From Malacoraja senta (Eukaryota): DNA of 64,000 nucleotides. Shown piece after piece: positions 13,713-27,044 of the stretch. Within the stretch, counting starts at the first letter, position 1. Every line of letters begins with the position of its first letter. The stretch is taken from assembly GCA_038087875.1 (NCBI GenBank), contig CM075978.1, positions 165,602,001 to 165,666,000 of the forward strand. Reading direction: 5' to 3'. Under the pieces are notes generated by a model, which saw only the letters and a list, made by a program, of their open reading frames with translations, did not search any database and was not told where the DNA came from. The position numbers and the translations under genes are program-made.

Positions 13713-14857
13713 TAGGGTGCACTGAAATAGTACAAAAGCAAAGATAATTTTGATCGATGACCCACAGCTTAAAACCTCCATTGTGTTCAATACATCAGTC
13801 TCAACGGACAGTGTATTACATTCTTTAGGAGCTGAAAATGTGCCACCTGGACCTCCTTTCCAAAGGCTGGGCTTTGGAACTCCTTGAGCGCAGGTCTAAG
13901 CAACTCTGTGGCCAGGGATGCAGTAGAAGGGAGAACTTGGAAGCTCACCATTTTTTGTTGGGGATGAGCGAGAGAGAGAGAAAGGGAGAAAGGCTTGGAA
14001 GTTTGGACTAAGATTTGTGAAGATTGGCCTGTTTACTGTCAAGAGTGAAGAGAGAGTCAAGAGTGTTTTATCGTCATATGTCTCAGATAGAACAATTAAA
14101 TTGTTTTACTTGCTGCAGCACAACAGAATATGTAAACATTGTACACTGTAAACAATATCATAAACGAGAGAGAACTGAAGGAGAAAGGACCACCCGATCT
14201 TGATGGATTGGGAGAACAGAGAGGCTGGTAAATGATTGAGAGGGGTCCAACAGTAAATATAGAGAGAGGGTTGAAGTTGGACTGGAATGTAGAAGAGATA
14301 GACTGTGGGCAGGGGATTAGGTCTTTAGGAAAGTCAGCCTGGTGTTGTGGGGCGGGGTGAGGATCGTGGGCCAAGGAGGTTGATCACGAAGATCAGCCAG
14401 TTCATCACGGGGATGTGAAGACTTTGTTGTCTGCGAGAAGGAGAGCGTGGAAACAAGGAACCTCAAATTGGAGAGGAGAGCATGTGTGGGTCATGGTGAT
14501 AAATACCCGACTGATTTTCTGAGTCACATGAGTGACAGTTGTTATCTTGACACACTCCAAATAAAAATCGATATTCAATTTTGAAACATTGATGAAAAAT
14601 CACTGTGACTGAATTTCTAGGCAATGCTTTCTCGCTAGTAGGTATAACCTTTCTCTCAAAAGAAAGCAGGCTACAAAGAACATATTGAGAGACAAGAAAT
14701 ATTTTTTGCTTTTTCTAGTAATTTGGACACTTTAAGAACATTAGTACTTAGTACTTACTCATATAAGTGAAATATGAGATATCTGAATTGAAGAAATACT
14801 GGATTGAGAAACTCCACAGAAAATGCAGCATAGAGTTAAAGTGTTAGGGTTTAGGAT

Positions 14858-15082
14858 AGTGAATCCGTGGAATTCATTGCCACAGAAGGCTGTGGAGGCC
14901 GTCAATGGATATTTTTTAGGCAGTGATAGGTTCTTGAACAGTACGGATGTCAGGGGTTAAGGGGAGAAGGTAGGAGAATGGGGTTAAGATGAGCTCCTAA
15001 TAGATCAGCCATGATTGAATGGTGGAGTAGACCTGATGAGCCAAATGGCCTAATTCTGTTCCTATCACATGGACTTATGAAC
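14858..15082 (+). mobile_element. CR1 3' fragment
   Basis: gtgaatccgtggaattcattgccacag...gatcagccatgattgaatgg tail. Confidence 0.75.
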
Positions 15083-15604
15083 TTCTTAAAGACCAAAGAT
15101 GGTCAATCTACAACAATGAGCCTGATACAGTCTATTCCTAGAATCACCCCCCTACACTTTCCTTGCCAACATGTACTTTTTCAAACTTCTGGTAGCAAAC
15201 CCCTTCCAGAGTTCATTGTTATGACTATCATGTGAAAAGGATCAGTGCAACGGCAGTGAACAGGGCTCCTCCACATAGATCATTATTCCTCCTTGTTTGC
15301 TGTCTGCTTCCTCTGCAGTTTGCTGTCAGAAGGCTGTGTATGTCATTCAGTTTTACAAACAACAGCTAAATGGAAGGTTTCCAACTAGCAGCATGCTGTT
15401 GCATTTTACAAGATTTGAGAACTTTTATATCTTCACCATTATTACCATGGGATTACTGATAGGTGTTTGGCAGCTTTCCAAATCATCAATATATCTCCTC
15501 TTTTGAAAGTATTAAATCAACTATGTAATGTTTTGAAAGTTCCCAAGGATATGAAATGTGCTGCACAAATGTAAACTTTATTTGCCTGCATGGATTTTTT
15601 TAAA

Positions 15605-16095
15605 GGCATAGAGCATAGAACATAGAACAGTACCACACCGGAACAAGCGATGCAGCCCACAATATCCGCTCTGAACATGACACCAAATTAAACTAATCCC
15701 CTCTGCCTGCGTATGATCTATATCCCTCCATTCTCTGCATATGCACATGCCCATTTAAAAGCCTTTTAAAAGCCACCATCGTATCTGCCTCCACCAACAC
15801 CCCTAGCAGCATGTTCCAGAAATCCACCACTAGGCATTCTCATCATCAAAACTTGCCCTAAACATCTCCTTTAAACTTTCCCCGTCACCTTAAAGCTATG
15901 GCCTCTATTGACATTTCTACCGGGAGGGGGAGGGGGTAAAAGTTCTGACTGTCTACTCTATCTGTGCTTCTTATCATTTTATAAACTCCTCAGATCTCCC
16001 CTCGGCCTTCAATGCTCCAGAGAAAACACTCCAAGTTTGTCCAACCTCTCCCTATAGCTAATACCTTCTAATCCTGACAGAATTCTGGTAAACCT
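15605..16095 (-). mobile_element. CR1 (HER1-like) 3' fragment
   Basis: (CATAGAA)n tail and CR1 C-terminal similarity; related fragments at 1-97(+), 430-700(-), 10230-10500(-). Confidence 0.7.
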
Positions 16096-16273
16096 ATTTT
16101 TGAATCCTCACTAGATTCACTCTTGGAATTTATTTTTCTTAACACATTGACGGGAGCTGTTCTTTTAACTCTTTTAGTTTATCTTATTTTATTACCTTAA
16201 TACTTTTAATACTATATTCCTTCTATCCTTTTTTATAGAATCCCCAGAAAATGCATAAGAATATAAAATTAGC

Positions 16274-17093
16274 CGGGGCAGAAAAACCCGGGGGGGACAG
16301 GTGGGACACGTCGCCCCATGTTTTGAGAGGAGGGGGGACAGTTCCCCCCCCCCCCCCATTTTTTGTAATCCAGATTTTAAAACCCGGTGAAATCTCCGCT
16401 TTTTACGAGACAGTGGGGGTGGGACTGCTGATTGAGGCGCCGATTGAGCGACAGACGTCGGTCAGCAGGCAATGGGGGCGGCACAGACCTGCGCCTCATC
16501 CACAGCCAGTTTCGATCTCGGCTCTCCGGCGCTGTCCCGTCCCCACCCGAGTGCCCCCCCCTCCCGGGGGTGGCCAGAGACGCCGGGAGTCAGACGGGAG
16601 CTATGACCCCAGGCCCACAGCCAGAGCAGAGAAGCAGTGCAAAACCCAGCTCAACTCTGCCTGTCCCGCCAGGTTAACCTACAGCCCTGCCTGGACTTGT
16701 GGGAAATATGGCCCAGGTTTATAGCCTGCGCGGAGAAGCAGCGCTGATGTCCCGTCAGTCCAGGCAGGGCTGTAGGTTAACCCGGCGAGACAGGCAGAGT
16801 TGAGCTGCATTTAGCACNNNNNNNNNNNNNNNNNNNNNNNNNNNNNNNNNNNNNNNNNNNNNNNNNNNNNNNNNNNNNNNNNNNNNNNNNNNNNNNNNNN
16901 NNNNNNNNNNNNNNNNNNNNNNNNNNNNNNNNNNNNNNNNNNNNNNNNNNNNNNNNNNNNNNNNNNNNNNNNNNNNNNNNNNNNNNNNNNNNNNNNNNNN
17001 NNNNNNNNNNNNNNNNNNNNNNNNNNNNNNNNNNNNNNNNNNNNNNNNNNNNNNNNNNNNNCCTCCATATTTTGATAGCGATTTCCGTGCCTG
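16274..17093. mobile_element. Second copy of the same non-autonomous hAT family (contains assembly gap)
   Basis: High identity to 59455-60043; TSD AAATTAGC / AACTTAGC. Confidence 0.85.
16818..17061. other. Assembly gap (244 N)
   Basis: Run of N. Confidence 1.
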
Positions 17094-17855
17094 AACTTAG
17101 CTGCTTTAGATTAGACGTTTTACACAGACATCCATCTTACATATACATGTCTGAAGGATTCCGAACTGAAACAACACCTATTCCTTTTCTCCAGATATCT
17201 GGCCTGACCCACAGAGTTACCTCAGCATTTGTGTCTATCTTCGTTATACGTGTACATGCAGGTGTCCTTAATATGTCTAAAGACACCCTCCTTCAGATGT
17301 CCCACATTGTCCTTTATCAAAAATAGACACAAAATGTGGTAACTCAACGGGTCAGGCGGCATCTCTGAAGAGAAGGAATGTGTGACGTTTCGGTCGATAC
17401 CCTTCTTCAGACTCAGTTTAGCATGGACAACATACTTCTCTGCCTGTTAAAGATTGCTGTGATGAATGACTTACCTACTGTGGTGTGTTACCAGATTCCA
17501 CCTACCCTGCTGGGTCATTGCATCATTGCAACAAGCTTTATTCAACTCAACCCCACTTTCGATAGCTAGTAGGTTTGGAACATCAGTCTTCTGCTTTGAC
17601 AATTTTGAATATGATGACTTTTGCCTCCACTTTCAGGCTGTGAATTCTGGATGCCAACCACCTTTTAGAAGAGAAATAATTTTTCAACTCTCAGCTGTTA
17701 CCTTAAACCTAAACTCCTTAGTTAATAATCTTTTTGCTAAGGAACATAAGAACAGTTTGTTCGCTCTTTCCGTGCTTTATATTATTTTTTTATACACTCT
17801 GTAAATGGAAAATATGTTGTAGTGAAAAATCAAGATAGTGGAGCGTGAACATGAA

Positions 17856-19890
17856 TGAATAATAATAATAATAATAATACATTTTATTTGTATAGCGCTT
17901 TTCAAGGACTCAAAGTCGCTTTACATGGAGAGTCAAAAACAAAACAAAATAGAGCAGTAAGACAGAGATGCAAAGGGGAGGGGGACATGGGACTAAGGGT
18001 ATGCAGAGGTGAAGAGATGGGTCTTGAGGCGGGACTGGAGGATGGTGAGGGACTCAGAATTTCGGATCAATTGTGGGAGGGAGTTCCAGAGCCTGGGAGC
18101 TGCCCTGGAGAAGGCTCTGTCTCCAAAAGTGCAGAGGTTGGATTTTGGAATGGAGAGGAGACCGGCTGATGTGGATCTGAGGGACCGTGAGGGTTGGTAG
18201 GGGGAGAGGAGGTCAGTGAGATAAGGGGGGGCCAAGTGGTTGAGGGCTTTGTAGGTGAGGACCAGGATTTTGTAGATGATCCAGTGGGAAATGAGAAGCC
18301 AGTGAAGTTCTTTGAGAACTGGGGTGATGTGGTGCCAGGATTTGGTGTGGGTGATGAGTCGGGCGGCTGCATTCTGGACCAGTTGGAGTCGGTTGATGTT
18401 GCTGGAATTAATGCCAAAGAGAAGAGAGTTACAGTAGTCCAGTCAGGAGGAGATGAAGGCATGGATGAGTCTTTCAGCAGCGGGGGGTGTGAGAGAGGGT
18501 CTGATTGTGGCAATGTTGCGGAGGTGAAAAAATGATGTTTTGACAACATGGCGGATGTGAGGCTCAAGGGAGAGGGTTGAGTCAAAGATCACGCCAAGGT
18601 TGCAGGCCTGAGGAGATGGGGAGACAGTGATGCCATCAATAGTGAGAGTGGGGTTGTTAATTTTGGTAAGTGTTGATTTGGAGCCAATGAGGAGAAATTC
18701 TGTTTTGTTACTGTTTAATTTAATGAAGTTGAGTTGCATCCAAGATTTGATGGCTGACAGGCAGGAGTTGATATGGGAGAGAGGGGGGTGTTGGGGGGAC
18801 TTGGTGCTGAGATAGATCTGGGTGTCATCAGCATAGCAATGGAAGTCCAGGTTGAAGTGACGGAGTATATGATCAAGGGGGAGGATGTAGATGATGAAGA
18901 GGAGGGGACCGAGAACGGAGCCTTGGGGAACGCCTTGATACATAGATACATAGATACATAGAAAATAGGTGCAGGAGTAGGCCATTCGGCCCTTCAAGCC
19001 TGCACCGCCATTCAATATGATCATGGCTGATCATCCAACTCAGTATCCCGTACCAGCCTTCTCTCCATACCCCCTGATCCCCTTAGCCACAAGGGCCACA
19101 TCTAACTCCCTCTTAAATATAGCCAATGAACTGGCCTCAACTACCCTCTGTGGCAGAGAGTTCCAGAGATTCACCACTCTCTGTGTGAAAAAGTTTTTCC
19201 TCATACTCATGAGTGACAGTGGCTGTGGCAGAGGTGTGGTTATGGAGAGAGATGAAGTGGGATCGGTTGGAAAGGTAGGAACGGAGCCAGCTGAGTGCAG
19301 AACCTTCAATGCCACGGTCTTTAAGTCTGGTAAGCAGGATGTTATGGTTCACGGTATCGAAGGCTGCACTCAGGTCGAGGAGGATGAGGATGTTGAGGGA
19401 ACCAGTGTCAGCAGAGGTGAGGAGGTCGTTGAGGACTTTGAGGAGAGCAGTTTCTGTGCTATGGAGGGGGCGAAAGCCAGATTGGAGGGGTTCGAATAGG
19501 TTATACGCGAGGAGGTGGGAATGAAGTTGTGACGCGACGATACGCTCCAGGGTTTTTGAAAGAAAGGGGAGGTTTGAGATAGGGCGGTAGTTAATGAGAG
19601 AGGAGGGATCAAGACCAGGTTTCTTTAAGATTGGTGTGACAGCAGCAGTTTTGAAAGCAGAGGGGACAATTCCTTGGGACAATGAGGAGTTGAAGAGATT
19701 AGTGAGGTAGGGGCAGAGAGTGGGGAGGCAGGACTTCAGCAGGGGAGTGGGGAGAGGGTCGAGGGAGCAGGTAGTGGGTTTGGAAGAGCTGATGAGTTTG
19801 GAGATTTCAGTAGGGGTGACCGGGTCAAACTGGGAGAGGAAGCAGTGTGGAGGAGGGGTAAGGAGGTCAGTGGAGATGTTGAAAGGAGGA
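17856..19890 (-). mobile_element. L2 LINE, 5'-truncated, near-intact ORF2
   Basis: [51 protein letters not shown]; single CGA>TGA stop at 18443; (ATT)n tail. Confidence 0.92.
18939..19209 (-). mobile_element. CR1 3' fragment nested in L2
   Basis: FFTQRVVNLWNSLP; (CTATGTAT)n tail; splits L2 codons ATVT|QGVPQ with TGA duplicated. Confidence 0.9.
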
Positions 19891-19994
19891 ATGAGTATTG
19901 TGCATATTCCCAAATGGATGATGATGAAGGAGGAAGTGCTGGGAGGAGAGGAATGTTGTGCCAGCTGTAAGAAACCAGAAGAAAATTGTTACTG

Positions 19995-20387
19995 AAGTTA
20001 AGCACAAAAAGCTGAAGTAACTCAGTGGATCAGACAACATCTCTGGAGAAAAGGAATAGGTGACGTTTCGGGTCAAGACTCTTTTTCAGACCGAGAGTTA
20101 GGTGAAAGGGAAACAAGGGATATAGACGGTGATATAGAAAGATTGAGAACAAATGAGTGAAAAATGCAGAAACAGGCCATTATCCTTTTTCATCGTTATT
20201 TTTTGCATATCTTTCATTCATTTGTTCCATATTTCTCTATATCACCATCTATATCTCATGTTTCCCTTTCCCCAGACCCAAAAAGTCACCTATTCCTTTT
20301 CTCCAGAGATACTGTCTGACCTGCTAAGTTACTCCAGCTTTTTGTGGCTATCATCGGTTTAAACCAGCATCTGCAGTTCCTTCCAAC
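19995..20387. mobile_element. Penelope-derived inverted mini-element
   Basis: Palindromic arms; TSD ATTGTTACTG at 19985-94 / 20388-97. Confidence 0.75.
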
Positions 20388-20434
20388 ATTGTTACTGTTC
20401 AATGTGACATGGAGAAAGGACTTTACAAACCATT

Positions 20435-21050
20435 GACTGGATCACGCTCGGAATATTGTGGGCCGTGTTGGTCACCATAGTGTAGAACACTTGTGGTTGT
20501 GCTGGAGAGAGTGAAGTTGGGCGCTCACCACGATGTTGCCGGAAATGGAGAACTTTGGATATGGGGAGAGATAGGAAAGAGTGGGTTTGTTTTTTTAGAG
20601 AGAAGGAGACTGAGGGCTGATCTGCCAGGGCTGTATGAAATTATAAGAGGCGGAGATAGGGTAGATAGTCTGAATCTTTTCCTGTGTTTGGAATATCCAA
20701 AACAAGGCACAGGTTTAAGGTGTTTAAGGTATTTGAGAGGAAGGTTTTTTTTTTACACAGAGTGGTTGATATCTGGAGCTTGCTGACAGAGGAGATGGTG
20801 TGATCAGATACAATCACTATGTTTAAGAGATAGTTAAAGGTTGGGACCCTTCTTCAGGATGCCTAACCCGCTGAGTTTCTCCAGAAATTTGTGTCTTTCC
20901 TTGGTAAACCAGCATCCGCAACTCCTTGTTTCTAGCATATGGACCGGATATATGGACAAATGGGATTAGTGTAGAGAAGCAAGGAGAACAGCATGGATGT
21001 GATGGGCAGTCGGTCCCATTTTTGTGCTGTTCAACTCTGAGACTCTATGA
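20435..21050 (+). mobile_element. Degenerate CR1 3' fragment with a nested Penelope remnant (20838-20930)
   Basis: LERRRLRADL..LYEIIRG.DRVD motif. Confidence 0.7.
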
Positions 21051-21250
21051 GTTGTGTGGGCAAGGAGTGATGATGAGAGAGCTTGCAGCAGTGTTTCTTT
21101 GTGACAGTGTGTGCCGGTACGGCATACTAGCACCTCAAAAATGTTTAAAACTTGGTTTTTAAATTTTGAACGTATCAATTTTATATTTTGATGTTATACT
21201 TTTGTGTTATTAGTTTATTAAATTAGAAGTTGATTGATCACCAGAGAAAC

Positions 21251-21304
21251 GGGGGGGGGGGGAGGTGGGGGGGGGGGGGGAGGTGGGGGGGGGGGGATTT
21301 GGGG
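21251..21304 (+). repeat. Poly-G low-complexity tract
   Basis: G11-AGGT-G15-AGGT-G11. Confidence 0.85.
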
Positions 21305-22504
21305 TTATGTTGATTAATAAATTAAAGGTGTTGATAAATATAACTTCATTTTTAATTGATATACAGTGTACATACATGCGCCTTTTTGTCTCCACATAAA
21401 GCACTGGATTGTGATATATATCCATGAAAACAGCATTCCAAAGACGTGCAGGTTTGTAGGTTCATTGGCTCCTGAAAGATTGCCCCTGGTGTTTTGGATG
21501 CAAAAGTTAGATAACGTGGAACTAGTGCACGGGTGATCGACGGTCGGTATGGACTCAGTGGGCCTGTTTCCATACTGTATCTCCAAACTAAACTAAACCA
21601 TGTTGCACCATTGGAAAATAATAATTGATGCACTGGAAGAAGGCAAGAATGAGAGTTGTTGGTGCTGTGAAGGGAGTTTTAGATAAAAAGAACTGTTCTC
21701 ACCCTTTGTTCTGCTATGTGAGCATTGAGTTTCTGTCTACTTTAAACCCAGCTTTACGGTGGGCTTGGATATCTATTGCTCATTTAGCTTGTTGCTGCTC
21801 ATGGACCCCTTATGCATGTTGGCAGCACATTCCCCTATGTTATAACAATGACTGCACTTCAAAAGTACTTATTTCCTTTAAGCTTAAGAAAGGCATAATA
21901 CAATACTTTAGGTTCACTTTCAGCTGACAAAAGGCATAATGTAAATTTAAGTTCTATTTTCTTTAGTTATCTGGGGTATGTGCTTTACAAAGTCAGATCC
22001 TCCCTTGATACTTGGGCTCAGTGGAGTCATTTGCTTCAATAAGTTTTGAGGACTTGACTCATGTTGCCCGATATTTAAAATTGGACTGCAGTGAAATCCA
22101 GGGAAATAACAGTGGAACTCCCAGGGGAGCTGAACTAGATATTCTTTTCTTATATACCTGCTCAATTTCTCCAAGGACAAACTGTGACTATTAAGTGAGG
22201 TGATATTTGGTTTAGATTCTTGAATTGTTTATTCCAAGAACAAGTTGCTGCTATCCAGGCAGCAAAGCATCCCCATGACCATAATGAAGATGAAGCTATG
22301 GATTCAACAGCTTATGCTTCAACCGTTACAAGTTTTCTGTTTTTTCGTTCACTTCCACTACTCCTTGCAATTCAGCAACACATACAGCTCTTCACACAGT
22401 ACTTATAAAGAGCAGAAACTGTTCATCATGGTTGAGCAATCTTAAGTAGGCCTTTGGCTCTGTCATGTGAATCAGACTGGATGCACCCCACCACTGCTGG
22501 AACC

Positions 22505-22922
22505 ATGACCTCAAAAAGGCAGCCAACATCATCAGAGACCCCACACACTCATCTCACCACTGCCACCGGGGAGAAGGTATAGGAGCTGAGAACTGTAACG
22601 TCCAGGTTCAGGAATAGCTTCTTCCCTACAGCCATCAGTCTATTAAACACTACAACGTCATAAGCTCTGAACTACAATAGACTATTATTATTATTATTAT
22701 TATTATTATTATGATTATTGCACTATTATTGTTTGTTTTTGAGTATGTGTGTATGTATATAAACATATGTGAGTATGTGTATATATGCACACTGACCTTT
22801 TTTTTCTTTCTTGTTTATCATATTATTTATTATGAATACATATTCTGTTGTGCTGAAGCAAGTAAGAATGTCATTGTTCTATCTGGGACATATGACAATA
22901 ATACACTCTTTACTCTCTTGTC
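22505..22922 (+). mobile_element. Rex/Babar 3' fragment
   Basis: LPPGRRYRS...RFRNSFFPTAI; same 3' UTR/tail (gacaataaa + CTCTTGA repeats) also at 14040-14172(-) and 53440-53670(+). Confidence 0.75.
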
Positions 22923-22949
22923 TTCAGCAGCCATCTTACAGCTAAGCTA

Positions 22950-23330
22950 AAAAGGACACAAAGTGCTGGAGTAATTCAGTGGGTCAGGCAGCATCCCTGG
23001 AGAACATGGATAGATGACTTTTTGAGTCCCGACCCGAAACATTATCTGTCCATGTTCTCCAGAGATGCTACCTGACTCACTGAGTTACTCCTGCACATTA
23101 TATCCTTTTGTGTAAAACAGCATCTGAAGTTCCTAGTTTTTACAGCTGAATTAGCCAGGTTCAGAGGCACTAATATTTGCCAGACCCATGCTTCCTTAAA
23201 TCATCTAAGCACAACCTCTAGAGTATTGTGGACAACTAAATGCTGGAGTAACTCAGCGGGATAGGCAGCATCTCTGGAGAGAAGGAATGGGTGACGTTTC
23301 GGGTCAGACACTTCTTCTGACTGAGTATAT
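22950..23330. mobile_element. Two Penelope-derived mini-elements (inverted pair 22950-23138; single arm 23240-23328)
   Basis: Consensus tgctggagtaactcagcgggtcaggcagcatc; second has TSD TCTAGAGTATTGT. Confidence 0.75.
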
Positions 23331-23815
23331 CTAGAGTATTGTTATGTTCATGCTCTTATCTTTTTTTTAATTTTATGATATCATCCAAGTAGCCTCTGAC
23401 ATCCAGCAGGCTATCAAGCAATTTATCTTTTGTCCTCTCAAAAATGCTGCTTGTTAATATTATTCCAAATGTTATATGGGATCTATCCAAGGAGAGTATT
23501 TATCATTGAGCACACCTTTGAATTTACGTCCAACAAAGTCTGCAAATTAGCATATAAAATATCAAGAGTTGTGTGGATCTGCCTTCCACCCAGCTGGGCC
23601 AAGTCCAGTCAGTGGATGGAAATGTCTGTCTAGTTTTGCTTCACACGTAATCTTAATCTGCCTACAGAAATAATTAGACTTTAGACTTTAGAGGTACAGT
23701 GCAAAAAAGGCCCGTCGGTCCACCAAGTCTGTGCCAACCATCAATCCCTGTACACTAACACTATCCTACACACAAGGGAAAACTTACAATTTTACCAAAG
23801 CCAATTAATCTACAA

Positions 23816-24304
23816 ACATAGAAACATAGAAAATAGGTGCAGGATTAGGCCATTCGGCCATTCGGCCCTTCGGGCCTGCACTGCCATTCAATATGATCAT
23901 GGCTGATCATCCAACTCAGTATCCTGTACCTGCCTTCTCTCCATACCCCCTGATCCCTTTAGCCACAAGGGCCACATCTAACTCCCTCTTAAATATAGCC
24001 ACTGGCCTCAACTACCTTCTGTGGCAGAGAATTCCACAGATTCACCAATCTCTGTGTGAAAAATGATTTTCTCATCTCGGTCCTAAAAGACTTCCCCCTT
24101 ATCCTTAAACTGTGACCCCTTGTTCTGGACTTCCCCAACATCGGGAACAATCTTCCTGCATCTAGCCTGTCCAACCCCTTAAGAATTTTGTAAGTTTCTA
24201 TAAGATCCCCCCTCAATCTTCTAAATTCTAGCGAGTACAAGCCGAGTCTATCCAGTCTTTCTTCATATGAAAGTCCTGCCATCCCAGGAATCAGTCTGGT
24301 GAAC
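23816..24304 (-). mobile_element. CR1 3' fragment nested in a V-SINE
   Basis: LSYEERLDRLGLYSLEFRRLRGDLIETYK; (CTATGTTT)n tail. Confidence 0.9.
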
Positions 24305-24412
24305 GTCTTTGGAGTGTGGGAGGAAACTGGAGCACCCGGCGAAAACCCACATGGTCACAGGGAGAATGTACAAATTCCATACAGATACCACCTGTAGTCA
24401 GGACCGAACCCC

Positions 24413-25721
24413 CATAAGAAACATAGAAACACAGAAAAATAGGTGCCGGAGTAGGCCATTCGGCCCTTTGAGCCAGCACCGCCATTTAATATGATCATGG
24501 CTGATCATGTAAAATCAGTAGATACACAAAAATGCTGGAGAAACTCAGCGGGTGCAGCAGCATCTATGGAGCGAAGGAAATAGGCAACGTTTCGGGCCGA
24601 AACCCTTCTTCAGACTGATAGGGGGTGGGGAGAAGAAAGGAAAAAAGGAAAAAAGGCGGAGGAGGAGCCCGAGGGCTAGGGGAGGGGAGGAGACAACCAG
24701 AGGGCTGATGAAGGGGAGGGGACAGCAAGGGCTAGCAGAATTGGGCTAGTACCCCATTCCTGCTTTTCCCCCATATCCCTTGATTCCTTTAGCCCTAAGA
24801 GCTAAATCTAACTCTCTCTTGAAAGCATCCAGTGAATTGGCCTCCACTGCCATCTGTGGCAGAGATTTCTGCAGATTCACAACTGTCTGGGTGAAAAAGT
24901 TTTTCCTCATCTCAGTCCTAAATGGCCTACCCATTATTCTTAAACTGTAACCCCTGGTTCTGAACTCCCCCAACATAGGGAACATTTTTCCTGCATCTAG
25001 TCTGTCCAATCTTTTAAGAATTGTATACGTTTCCTCTCATCCTTCTCAATTCCAGGGAATACAAGCTCAGTCGACCTATTCTTTCATTATATGTCAGTAC
25101 CGCCATCCCAGGAATTAACCTGGTGAACCTTTGCTGCACTCCATCAATAGCAATAATGTCCTTCCTCAAATTAGGAGCTCAGAATTGCACATAATACTCC
25201 AGGTGCAGTAGGACCTACTTGCTCCTAAACTCAAATCTTCTCGCAATGAAGGCCAACATGCCATTAGCTTTCTTCACTTCCTGCTGTACCTGCATGCTTA
25301 CTTTCAGTGACTGATGTACAAGCACACCCGGGTCTCATTGCACCTCCCCTTTTCCTAATCTGACACCATTCAGATAATAATCTGCCTTCCTGTTCTTGCC
25401 ACCAAAGTGGATAACCTCACATTTATCCACATTATACTGCATCCGCCATGCATCTGTCGACTCACGCAACCTATCCAAGTCACCCTGCAGCCTCACAGCA
25501 TCCTCATCGCAGCTCACACTGCCACCCATCATTGTGTCATCCGCAATCTTGGAGATGTCACATTTAATTCCCTTGTTTAAATCGTTAATATCTATTGTAA
25601 ATAACTGGGGTCCCAGCACCGAGCCTTGCAGCACCCCACTGGTCACTGCCTGCCATTGTGAAAAGGACCCGTTAATTCCTACTCTTTGCTCCCTGTCTGC
25701 CAACCAATTCTCCATCCATGT
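24413..25721 (-). mobile_element. CR1 5'-truncated copy nested in the same V-SINE; itself contains a Penelope mini-element (24520-24746)
   Basis: SGVLQGSVLGPQLF, KIADDT, KCEVIHFG motifs. Confidence 0.9.
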
Positions 25722-27044
25722 CAAGGCAGCAACCCTACCCCTGTGCCACTGTGCTGCCCAATTGAAGCAGTCCAGTCAGAAACCTCAGACTGCTCAACGA
25801 TACCTGCTTCCTGTGGTCTTGCAAGCTCTTCCCTAACATCTCTCTTTCCACTGCACGGGCCTTACTTTGGAGAAACGAGCTGTAAAACTTTCCTTCAGGT
25901 TAATCTTGGCTTCCATACCTCGAACGCCTTGGGGTTCTTGTTGACCACAGCAGATCCAGACAGAGAGTATATTTTTTTTTAATGCGTTCCTGGCCAAGCT
26001 TTCCCTTTGACAGCCTAACAAATTGAATCCTTGCCCTGGAACAATCAGAAGAGTGAACTTTACCTGAATAAATGCTCACACATCACTGATATTGTAGCAG
26101 CAATGCCAATTGCCATTGACACTTCCTTTTAATGTGTACTGACCTACTACATCCAACTAACTAGTCATATTAAGTTGATCTGACTTTAATATGAGCAATC
26201 TATGCAATCCATGTAGTTCACCACCTAAGATGGACACTAAATACTGGAGTAACTCAGTAGGTCAGGCATGTCTCTGGAGAAAACTGATCGGCGATGTTTC
26301 GGGTCGAGCCACCTCTCTCACCTAGTTCATGCATATAATATCTGTTATTCTTCAGTATATTTTGCATACTACATAATTACTTCCATTTGTTTCTCACTTA
26401 ATCTTAATCTGCCTCCACCACAGACATAATTAGACTTTAGAGAGACAGTGCAAAACAGGCCAGTCGGCCCATCGAGTCTGCGCCAACCAGCGATCCCCAT
26501 ACAATGACACTATCTGACTTTCAAACAACCCAACATTTCTCTTACCACATATGTGTTAATCAGAATCCTCAAGTCCTCAACTCCAATCACTCAACAATCC
26601 CCATCCTGACCCTCCCATAACTGAAGTCATGACTGCAGCCACTCATTGTCATTGGTTTGCTTGTGATCAGCCTGGAAGCCATGAGTAATTGGTCAAGGAT
26701 CCTGATGCACAGATTTCCATCCTCACGTCAGACCTCCGACCTTCTCCTGATCATACTCAAGACTCCAACATGATCACCGACTACATTTCCCCCTTTGCAT
26801 CAGTCCCCTCACTCACCCATCCAGTTAGTTGATTACTGATTCAACCTAATACCTTTCCTACCCACTTAGCTAATTCCTGATCGCTTGCCTTATTGCCAGC
26901 CTTTATGAGGCTTATTGGTTCTCTTCCCTCCCTAAGGTTCAGACCCAGTTTTAGTCCCTAAGAACACATTTTTGTCCCTTAAAATGTGCAATATTTATTC
27001 AATCTGTAGCACTGGCACATGATCTAAATGGTACACAGGAGAAC

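Larger units (their letters stand above)
23676..25758 (-). mobile_element. HE1-like V-SINE split into three pieces (23676-23815, 24305-24412, 25722-25758)
   Basis: Pieces are collinear with intact copies. Confidence 0.8.

Noticed and set aside
16811-17068. Poly-X ORF
   Set aside because: Artefact of the N gap.
18443-19024. 193-aa ORF as a novel fusion protein
   Set aside because: Chance read-through from a nested CR1 3' UTR into L2 RT.
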